49,196 nucleotides of DNA from an uncultured Bacilli bacterium (GTDB lineage Bacteria > Bacillota_I > Bacilli_A > RF39 > UBA660). This document shows positions 35,997-43,399 of this stretch, in pieces. Position 1 is the first letter of the stretch, and each line of letters opens with the position of its first letter. The notes below the pieces were generated by a model. It was not told where the DNA came from. It made no database searches and saw nothing but the letters and a program-made list of their open reading frames with translations. The stretch is from assembly GCA_944358165.1 (NCBI GenBank), contig CALVQS010000001.1:1-49196 (forward strand), given 5' to 3'. Position numbers and translations under genes: made by a program.

Positions 35997-36073
35997 CTTT
36001 TTGGCACCACTTTTTATTAAAAAATGCAACTTTTTGGCACCACTTTTTACTAAAAAATGCAACTTTTTGGCAC
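35986..36073. repeat. 33-bp direct tandem repeat, 2.7 copies
   Basis: AAAAAATGCAACTTTTTGGCACCACTTTTTATT (35986-36018), the same with C at position 32 (36019-36051), then a truncated copy AAAAAATGCAACTTTTTGGCAC (36052-36073). Confidence 0.9.
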
Positions 36074-36105
36074 ATAAATAAAAAATAAGCCGTTTTTAGA
36101 CTTAT
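36074..36105 (-). terminator. putative terminator overlapping the SDR gene stop
   Basis: Minus-strand imperfect hairpin ATAAGTC/GGCTTAT followed by TTTTTATTTAT. Confidence 0.4.
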
Positions 36106-36857
36106 TTTTGTGATTTTCTCATTTGTATTTTATAAGCAATATATAAAGATAACCGATAAGGAGCAAAACGATTTAAGAAAAGCGTAAGCTTCATCATAAA
36201 AGTTGGTACAATAATCATTTTCTTTTTAAATAACCCATCAATCGCATACTTTGCCACTTCATAACTACTAGCTTCCTTGATTGCAAATGTTCCATGCGCA
36301 ACATCATTAAATTCTGTTGCTACTGGTCCAGGACATAAAGCGCTAATAACAACCCTGCTTTTATTCATTCTTAGCTCTTCATTAATAGCCATTGTAAGTT
36401 TCGTAACATAATTTTTTGTAGCATAATATGTACTAAGTCTAGGTCCTGCCATAAAACCAGCACTAGAACAAACATTTAAAATATAACCAGAATCTCTTAA
36501 AACAAAATCTTTTAAAAATAATTTCATCAAAATATGATAAGACTTCACATTAAGATCAATCATTTTAAGTTCCGTATCTAAATCTGTTTTACAGAAATCT
36601 CCAAACAAACCAAACCCAGCATTATTAATAAGAACATCAATCTTTTTTGCTTTTACTTTGTCATACAATTTAAAATTATTTTCCTCTATACTTAAATCAA
36701 GTGAAATAATGGTAATATTCGTTCCAAGTTCTTTTTTTAATTCTTCTAATCGTTCTTTCCTTCTTGCTACCAAAATTAAATCATACCCTTTTTTAGCAAG
36801 AATTCGTGCCATATCCCGACCAATTCCACTAGAAGCTCCTGTAATAAGCGCTAACAT
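36102..36857 (-). CDS. short-chain dehydrogenase/reductase (SDR) family oxidoreductase
   Basis: TGASSGIG cofactor motif, NNAG, and catalytic YATK (YxxxK). Confidence 0.88.
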   Translation of the reverse strand: MLALITGASSGIGRDMARILAKKGYDLILVARRKERLEELKKELGTNITIISLDLSIEENNFKLYDKVKAKKIDVLINNAGFGLFGDFCKTDLDTELKMIDLNVKSYHILMKLFLKDFVLRDSGYILNVCSSAGFMAGPRLSTYYATKNYVTKLTMAINEELRMNKSRVVISALCPGPVATEFNDVAHGTFAIKEASSYEVAKYAIDGLFKKKMIIVPTFMMKLTLFLNRFAPYRLSLYIAYKIQMRKSQK

Positions 36858-36897
36858 AAGTCCACCTCGATTATATTATTTCCAACGAAAAAAGAGA

Positions 36898-38517
36898 TTA
36901 TACTCTTTTTTGCAATACTTCAAGCAAAGCTGGAAGCATTTGTTTTTTTCTAGATACCAAATCCGGAATATAAACCCCTTCATAAGTATCATGTAAATCA
37001 AAAGCATCACTAATAATATCTTGAGCTTTGCTATTATAGATAACATAACTACCATTTTTATAAACATCAGTAATAAATAGTGCACAACATAAATAATTAC
37101 CACTGCTAAGTTCATCCAGTTTTTCAATATACTCATCCATATTTGCTTCTATTTCATTAAAGTCCATGGTCATAACTTGCGAAATACCAAGCATATTATT
37201 ACCAATACTATAACTCTTAAAGTCTTGGTTAATTAAATCATTTACAGAAATTCCTTTAATACTTGATGCAGCCTTAAACATTTGATATCCATATTCATCA
37301 ATATCAACCTTTGCAATCTTTGCTAATTTTGAAGCTGCAAAAATATCTTCTTCCGTAGTTGTTGGCGATTTAAAAATAAGCGTATCTGATAAAATAGCAC
37401 TAAGCATAATACCAGCAATATCCCGAGGAATCGAAACTTTCTTTTCTACAAACATATTATAAATAATCGTACAAGTACATCCTACTGGCATACTTCTAAA
37501 ATTAATAGGCACATTCGTTCCAATAGCCCCCAAATTATGATGATCAATAATCTCTGTAATTTCTGCTTCTTCAATTCCTATAGCACTTTGGGCTAAACTA
37601 TTATGATCAACTAAAATAACTTTTTGCTTATTATAATTATCTGCATTGGTAACTTTAAGTAAACCTAAACATTCATTTTTATTATTAACAACTGGATAAT
37701 TTGTATGTCCTTCTTTATTTGCTAAAGCAATAAAATCAGTCCGATAATCTTTACTATTAATCGTAATCGGTTTCGCATTAATATTAATAGAACGAATACG
37801 ATTACTAAGAATTACTTTATTAGATGCTTCCAAACTATTATATTTTGTAATAATAACATTAATTTTATTTTTTTCAGCTTTTTTAAGTAATTTATTTGGA
37901 AGACTATGATTACCAGTTAAGACAATTAATTTAACCTTGGATTCAATCGCATACTCTATTATTTTATATCGATCCCCAACTATTAATATATCCTTATCTG
38001 TAAGTTCTACTTCTTCATGAAAAGTTTTACTTTGAAAAGAAGCAACCATCGCACTTCCTTTAATATTTTCATCAAATTGTAAACAAGGAATACCATCAAG
38101 ACTTTGAAGAATATTTTCATAAGTAGTATCAACATTTTCTTTATCACCATTAATCAAGAACTTAGCAATTTCTTTCAAAGTAACAAACCCAGTTAATTTT
38201 TTAGCTTCATCAACAAGTGGTACAGCTGTAACTCCTTCTTTTTGCATATGTAAAAAAGTTTCATAAATCGAATCATCTTCATGAGCAATCGCTTTCTTAT
38301 TATATTTAATATCTTTAATTCGAACTTTGGTATCATTTAAATAATCAGGCTCTTTTACTTTAAAATAATTCATAACAAATTTTGATTCACTATTTAAATG
38401 TCCAAGTACTTTTGCTACAGTATTTTTACCTGTTTCATTTAATAAATAAGACAAAGCAATACTAGCACATACACTATCAGTATCTGGATTTCGATGTCCA
38501 AAAATAAATGTTTGCAT
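36898..38517 (-). CDS. ppaC: CBS-domain-containing family II (DHH) inorganic pyrophosphatase
   Basis: DHH N-domain (GHRNPDTDS, VDHN), an inserted CBS pair/DRTGG-like region, and a DHHA2 C-domain. ATG at 38517 after GGAGGGAG. Confidence 0.85.
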   Translation of the reverse strand: MQTFIFGHRNPDTDSVCASIALSYLLNETGKNTVAKVLGHLNSESKFVMNYFKVKEPDYLNDTKVRIKDIKYNKKAIAHEDDSIYETFLHMQKEGVTAVPLVDEAKKLTGFVTLKEIAKFLINGDKENVDTTYENILQSLDGIPCLQFDENIKGSAMVASFQSKTFHEEVELTDKDILIVGDRYKIIEYAIESKVKLIVLTGNHSLPNKLLKKAEKNKINVIITKYNSLEASNKVILSNRIRSININAKPITINSKDYRTDFIALANKEGHTNYPVVNNKNECLGLLKVTNADNYNKQKVILVDHNSLAQSAIGIEEAEITEIIDHHNLGAIGTNVPINFRSMPVGCTCTIIYNMFVEKKVSIPRDIAGIMLSAILSDTLIFKSPTTTEEDIFAASKLAKIAKVDIDEYGYQMFKAASSIKGISVNDLINQDFKSYSIGNNMLGISQVMTMDFNEIEANMDEYIEKLDELSSGNYLCCALFITDVYKNGSYVIYNSKAQDIISDAFDLHDTYEGVYIPDLVSRKKQMLPALLEVLQKRV

Positions 38518-38555
38518 AAAAACTCCCTCCATCGCCTTTTAATAATACCATAAAT

Positions 38556-38678
38556 AAAAGAAAAAATAAAGGGAAGATAAAATTTCTTCCCTCAAAAGTG
38601 TGTGTTAATTTATATTTTATTTATTGTATAGGTTTTGCGAAAATAAATGTTTTTTTATTTCTTATCTATATCACTTCT
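38556..38678 (-). ncRNA. putative small RNA / leader, unit A (proximal to ppaC)
   Basis: Minus strand: TTCATA, 17 nt (TG extended), then TATCAT at 38685-38713. Terminator GGGAAGA-AAUUUUA-UCUUCCC followed by UUUAUUUUUU. No conserved ORF. Confidence 0.3.
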
Positions 38679-38756
38679 CCTTTCATGATAACAGTATATC
38701 TTACTTTTATGAACTTTTTATGTTGAGTATAAGAAAAAACAGAGAAAAGAAAGAAG

Positions 38757-38880
38757 ACATAAGAAAAAGGAAGATTATATCCTTCCTTTTAAAAAGTGTG
38801 AGTTTGAGTTTATATGTTATTTTTCTTGTATAGGTTTATAAAGTGTGTATGTTTTTTTTATAAATTACTCGATCACTTCT
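38757..38880 (-). ncRNA. putative small RNA, unit B (distal)
   Basis: Same promoter-like core at 38887-38915. Terminator AGGAAG-GAUAUAAU-CUUCCU followed by UUUUCUU. Confidence 0.3.
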
Positions 38881-38953
38881 CCTTTCATGATAACAGTATA
38901 TCCTACTTTTATGAACTTTTTGTGTAGTTTTAGTGAATATTAATAGATTTACA

Positions 38954-40339
38954 TCACTTTTTTATTTTAAAGTAGAAAGTTGACCCTTTCTTAGCTACAC
39001 TTTTAACACCATAATCAAATTTATGCTTTGATAAAATTTCTTTTACAATTGATAAACCAATACCTGTTGACACAACATTTCTTTGATGTTTTTTATCACT
39101 CTTATAATATTTATCCCAAATATATGGTATTTCTTCCTTTTTAATACCCTTACCAGTATCTCGAACTTCAAATAAATATTCTTTCTTACTTTCCGTTAAA
39201 GTAACGTAAACTTTCTTATCATCCCCAGTATAATTAATCGCATTATTAACTAAATTATAAATTACTTGCATAATTTTATTTTTATCAGCCTTTACCATTG
39301 CTTTTTCTGGTAAAGTAACAATAAAATCATAATCTTCTGTAGTCTTTAAAATTTCATAACGCTTCATAACTTCCGAGATAACTTGACATAAATCAAATTC
39401 TTCAATCGTTAAAGTATCTGCATCTGCCTGCATTTTTGATAAATCCAAAATATCATTAACCAAAACATTTAATCGTTCCGTTTCTTCAATAATAATATTT
39501 AAATCCTTATCCATCTTATCTTTATCTTTATAAGAAATATCTCGAACCATCTCTGCATAAGCCCGAATCATGGTAAGTGGTGTTTTAAGATCGTGAGACA
39601 CATTCGCCATCAAATCTCTTCGTAATTCATCAATCTTCGATAAATCTTTTTCTACATGATTTAAAGTATTCGCAAGTTCATCAATTTCTAACACATCACT
39701 TCGCTCAAAGACGATATCATATCTACCTTCTCCTAATTCTTTTGCTTTCTTTGTAATATTCGTAATTGGTTTTGTAATCTTAATGGATAAGAAATAAGAA
39801 ATAAAACAAGCTAGAACAATGATAATAATAGTAATATAAATAAGTTGACCTCGAAGTACAATATTGGCTCCATCAATATCTTCCAAATTAGAATAAACAA
39901 AAACATAACCATCTTGAACACGTATCCCAGATAACAAAGCTTTGGTTTCACTAATACTATTAATTAATTTAATATTAGAAGTCGTCTTATCACTTGCCAT
40001 CGCTTCATTCATTAAATCGGTAATTTGACTATTATTCTTATTTAAACCACAACCAACCATGAGTGTATTATATAAAATTTTATCTCCACTATCTAAAGTA
40101 TATTGAATGCAAACACTATTATCATAAGCAAGCCTCTCAAGCTCTGTTACAAGCTCTGTAGAAGAAAGCTCCTTTATATCACCAATAATATTATTAATTT
40201 TATTTTCCTGATAATCTTCATAAGAAAACTTAAGTAAAATATTTTGTGAAAGTAAAAGTAATAAAAGAATGGTAACACTAAAAACAACTAAATATAATAA
40301 TGTTTTAAAGTTAATACTACTAACCTTTGTCTTTAACAT
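38954..40339 (-). CDS. sensor histidine kinase (HisKA + HATPase_c)
   Basis: Two TM segments flank an extracellular loop. H-box VSHDLKTPLT, plus N, G1 (DTGKGI) and G2 (GIGLSI) boxes. ATG at 40339 overlaps the end of the response regulator gene. Confidence 0.88.
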   Translation of the reverse strand: MLKTKVSSINFKTLLYLVVFSVTILLLLLLSQNILLKFSYEDYQENKINNIIGDIKELSSTELVTELERLAYDNSVCIQYTLDSGDKILYNTLMVGCGLNKNNSQITDLMNEAMASDKTTSNIKLINSISETKALLSGIRVQDGYVFVYSNLEDIDGANIVLRGQLIYITIIIIVLACFISYFLSIKITKPITNITKKAKELGEGRYDIVFERSDVLEIDELANTLNHVEKDLSKIDELRRDLMANVSHDLKTPLTMIRAYAEMVRDISYKDKDKMDKDLNIIIEETERLNVLVNDILDLSKMQADADTLTIEEFDLCQVISEVMKRYEILKTTEDYDFIVTLPEKAMVKADKNKIMQVIYNLVNNAINYTGDDKKVYVTLTESKKEYLFEVRDTGKGIKKEEIPYIWDKYYKSDKKHQRNVVSTGIGLSIVKEILSKHKFDYGVKSVAKKGSTFYFKIKK

Positions 40340-40988
40340 CAAATTTATACCCCATTCCTCGAACGGTCTTAATAACATCACGATATTTACCTAAACTATT
40401 TCGAAGCGTTTTCACATGAGTATCAACCGTTCTCTCATCTCCATAAAAATCATAACCCCAAATATTAGATAAAATAGCATCCCTAGATAAAGCAATATTT
40501 TTATTTTGCATAAAATATTTCAAAAGATCATATTCTTTTGGAGTTAATAACACCGGTTTACCATCAATCGTCACTTCATGAGCTAAATCATCTAAAACAA
40601 GCGTTTCATATTTATAAGTATTGTTCTCACCTTTTGTTCTTTTGGTAACAGCTTTAATTCTAGCTACTAACTCTTTTGGTGAAAATGGTTTTGTAACGTA
40701 ATCATCGACACCTACATCAAAACCAACCAATTTATCAAACTCTTCTCCCCGAGCCGAAAGCATAATAAAGGGAATGTCTTTTATTTTTTTGATTTCTCTT
40801 ACAGCCTGATATCCATCCATTTTTGGCATCATAATATCCATAACAACTAAATCTACATCATTATTTTTAACAACGTCAATCGCTTCTAATCCATTTTCTG
40901 CTTCTAATACTTCGATATTTTCCTGAAGCAGATATTCTTTAATAACATCTCGAATTAATACTTCATCATCACAAACTAAAACTTTCAT
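40320..40988 (-). CDS. OmpR/PhoB-family response regulator
   Basis: Receiver domain (DDE...DLVVMDIMMP...K) and a winged-helix C-terminus (TVDTHVKTLRNSLG). ATG at 40988 after GGAGG. Confidence 0.92.
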   Translation of the reverse strand: MKVLVCDDEVLIRDVIKEYLLQENIEVLEAENGLEAIDVVKNNDVDLVVMDIMMPKMDGYQAVREIKKIKDIPFIMLSARGEEFDKLVGFDVGVDDYVTKPFSPKELVARIKAVTKRTKGENNTYKYETLVLDDLAHEVTIDGKPVLLTPKEYDLLKYFMQNKNIALSRDAILSNIWGYDFYGDERTVDTHVKTLRNSLGKYRDVIKTVRGMGYKFDVKDKG

Positions 40989-41038
40989 AATAACCTCCAA
41001 GCACACTTATATTATAACAGATTTGTGAAGAATAAATG

Positions 41039-41062
41039 AAAAAAACAACCATTAAGGTTGTT
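41039..41062 (-). terminator. intrinsic terminator overlapping the stop of the N/P-rich protein gene
   Basis: Minus strand reads AACAACC-TTAAT-GGTTGTT followed by TTTTT. The TAA stop sits in the loop. Confidence 0.65.
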
Positions 41063-42458
41063 CAATTACACAAGTATATCCTTGACCACTATAATATTGT
41101 CTAAGTTCTCCATAACTATTTGGCAAAGTACTACCTTCTTCTTGATCAAGTTCTGCTTTCGTTAAATTTTGCGTTAATGTAAGAGTCAAAGTGCTATCAT
41201 CAAAAGATGGTGCACCAGTTACATTTTGATAAGTTACAGCTTCACTGCTACTATTTTGAGCTTTAAAACTATTATATTCATCTGCATTATCAAAAGTAAA
41301 TGTATAAGTACGAACTGCCGAACCAGTAAAACTAGAAGCTGTAACACCTAATTTAAGAGTTTCATTATTTAAAGTACAAGAAAGATATAAATCAGGAACA
41401 TCCTCTTCTGTTACAGTTAATGTTGCAGAAACAGTCGAAATATTTCCAACTTCATCTGTTACCGTAATTTCCACAGAATATTCTCCAGCACTACCAATAT
41501 GTTCACTAACTGCATTAGAATCACTAAAAGCATAAGAACATCCCGTTGCATCATTGCAACCACTAATAAAATCATCAGGAGAAACACTACCATTTACTTG
41601 AACGGTAACATCTTTAGAAACCGCATTAGGAGCAGTCGTATCAACAACAGTCGCTGTACCATCATAAGTAACAGAATTACATGTAATCGTAAAAGGATAT
41701 TCATTTCCTAAAGTATTTGTATCTGTAATTTTTGAAGTATCCAAACCACAAGTAGAACTATCAACCCCATTAAAGGTTGCATAATCATCAATATTAGTAG
41801 AAACTTGACTACCAGCCTCTATTTGCACTTCTTTTGTAACTACTGATGCAGCATTTTTATTCGACATATTAAGGAAAATATAAACGCCAACACCTACCGC
41901 TGCAATTAATAAAACAATAATAATAACAAAAATTAATTTATTTACCTTCTTTTTAGGCTTTAGCTCATCCGTCTTCATAGTTGGAGTAGGAACAGGAATA
42001 TCACTAATAGGTGGTACTGTCCCAATCTCATTAAATATCGGAGTAGCATTAAAATTGTTGATTGCCTCAGGCACATCATAATTAATAGGTGTAACCGATG
42101 GAATTGGATCAACTGGTGGAATGGTTCCTTGACTCATTTCATCTAAAGAAGGAATTGTTCCAGGTGCTACTGGCTCTACTGGTGGAACTGAATTAACAGT
42201 TTGTGTAGCATTATCTACTGGAGGTACCGGATTCACATTTGGCGTAACTTCTGAAGTAACAGTTGAATTTGGATTAATCGGTTCTGGATTAACACTAGGT
42301 TGAACTCCCACCGAATTAGGTACTGTACTATCTAAAGATTCAACTGGAGGTACTGGTGGAATATCATTTGTATTACCAAAGCCAACACTACCTAAAGATA
42401 CAGCATTTAAATCATTTTCTCCATTATTACTATTATTATTTGGCATATTATTATTCAT
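41052..42458 (-). CDS. bitopic protein: N/P-rich disordered N-terminus, one TM helix, extracellular Ig-like domains
   Basis: ATG at 42458 with AAAGGGG RBS. Pro-rich repeats (VPPV.., NP.P), TM helix LIFVIIIVLLIAAVGVGVYIFL, and a DUF5011/HYR-like segment (VVDTTAPN...GEYSVEITVTDEVGN). Confidence 0.6.
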   Translation of the reverse strand: MNNNMPNNNSNNGENDLNAVSLGSVGFGNTNDIPPVPPVESLDSTVPNSVGVQPSVNPEPINPNSTVTSEVTPNVNPVPPVDNATQTVNSVPPVEPVAPGTIPSLDEMSQGTIPPVDPIPSVTPINYDVPEAINNFNATPIFNEIGTVPPISDIPVPTPTMKTDELKPKKKVNKLIFVIIIVLLIAAVGVGVYIFLNMSNKNAASVVTKEVQIEAGSQVSTNIDDYATFNGVDSSTCGLDTSKITDTNTLGNEYPFTITCNSVTYDGTATVVDTTAPNAVSKDVTVQVNGSVSPDDFISGCNDATGCSYAFSDSNAVSEHIGSAGEYSVEITVTDEVGNISTVSATLTVTEEDVPDLYLSCTLNNETLKLGVTASSFTGSAVRTYTFTFDNADEYNSFKAQNSSSEAVTYQNVTGAPSFDDSTLTLTLTQNLTKAELDQEEGSTLPNSYGELRQYYSGQGYTCVIEQP

Positions 42459-42547
42459 ACTATCTAGCCCCTTTATTATATATTTATTATATCCCAAAGA
42501 AAAAGAAAATGCAATCATTAATATTTTAGAACAAACAAAAAAGAAGA

Positions 42548-43399
42548 TTATTTTTTCTCTTCCAAATTTAATTTTTGTGTTTTTTCCAAAGTAACGACTT
42601 CTGCTCGATAATTTAAAGCAAGACCAATTGTAAAAATATAAGAAAGCAAATAAAGCCAAATCATTAAAACAACAATACTTGCCAAATTTCCATAAAACAC
42701 ATCATAATTAGCAAAATTAGTTGTATACAAAGAATAAATATAAGTAACAACTACAAAGCCAACCGTTGTAAAAATAGCTCCTTTATTTACTTCATTACTA
42801 TGAATTTTTTTATCTGGTGCCATAGTAAAAATAATTTTAATAAAGAAGAAAATAATAAACCAAGAAATAGGTCCCTTAAGAACACTAATAACTAATGTGA
42901 TATTAGTAATAATTTTTTCACTAATATCCATGATTTGTAACATCTCTATAATTTTATTACCAAAAACACTAAAAATTAGCAAAAACACAAATAATAAGAT
43001 AATAATCAAAATCATAACCAAAGATTTTAATCTTCTTTTAAAAAAGCTAGAATTCTTAATCCCATAAATCATATTAGAACTTGCTATAACACTTGCCGCC
43101 CCATTACTCGCAATAATATACGCAATAATAAGAGTTAAGAAGAAATTCCAATCAGCCCTAATTACCATATTCGTACCAAGAAGCATATCTGCAAACTCTT
43201 TACTAAAAGCTTGAGTAATAAAATCACTAATAAAAGTTAAATCAAAATGAAAAACAGTAGCAATATAAGTAATAATGGTAAGTGTTGGTACAATGGAAAT
43301 TACAAAAGAAAAAGCAAGGTGTCCAGGTAATATTTCCATTTCCGGCTTCGTAATAATTTTTAAGAAATTACTAATCCCCCTTTTTATCTTATCACGCAT
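42548..43399 (-). CDS. YihY/BrkB family membrane protein
   Basis: N-terminal ...LPGHLAFSFVISIVPTL... and six TM helices. ATG at 43399 after GAGGAG. 8-nt overlap with the upstream stop. Confidence 0.8.
   Translation of the reverse strand: MRDKIKRGISNFLKIITKPEMEILPGHLAFSFVISIVPTLTIITYIATVFHFDLTFISDFITQAFSKEFADMLLGTNMVIRADWNFFLTLIIAYIIASNGAASVIASSNMIYGIKNSSFFKRRLKSLVMILIIILLFVFLLIFSVFGNKIIEMLQIMDISEKIITNITLVISVLKGPISWFIIFFFIKIIFTMAPDKKIHSNEVNKGAIFTTVGFVVVTYIYSLYTTNFANYDVFYGNLASIVVLMIWLYLLSYIFTIGLALNYRAEVVTLEKTQKLNLEEKK

Larger units (their letters stand above)
38556..38925 (-). repeat. two diverged ~202-bp tandem units, each with a promoter-like box, a ~115-nt body and a terminator
   Basis: 53-nt cores at 38671-38723 and 38873-38925 differ at 2 positions. 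The bodies are about 70% identical by eye. Each unit ends in a hairpin plus T-run on the minus strand (38571-38591 and 38768-38787). Confidence 0.85.

Noticed and set aside
35986-36073. Possible sigma-54 promoter (TGGCAC-N5-TTGCA) inside the 33-bp repeats, because GGCAC and TTGCA both occur in each unit.
   Set aside because: On the minus strand the sequence reads TGGTGCCAAAAAGTTGCA. The GG-to-GC spacing is 12 nt, not the obligatory 10, and the -24 element is GTGCCA rather than TGGCAC. On the plus strand the two elements are in the wrong order.
35986-36073. CRISPR array, considered here and also for the 38.5-38.9 kb repeats.
   Set aside because: The 33-bp units are contiguous with no spacers. 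The 202-bp units are only two copies with homologous (not unique) intervening sequence. There are no cas genes in the window.
38671-38690. GATCACTTCTCCTTTCATGA resembles the 16S rRNA 3' end (GATCACCTCCTTTCT), hinting at an rRNA fragment.
   Set aside because: The similarity is limited to about 15 nt with an insertion, and there is no flanking rRNA-like sequence. It is simply the reverse complement of an SD-like purine run (GAAAGGAGAAG).
38624-38833. Listed 69-aa plus-strand ORF spanning the tandem units, plus mini-ORFs (MKGEVI, MFFYFLSISLLLS).
   Set aside because: The reading frames are not conserved between the two paralogous units. There is no RBS, and the low-complexity composition is what AT-rich non-coding DNA produces.
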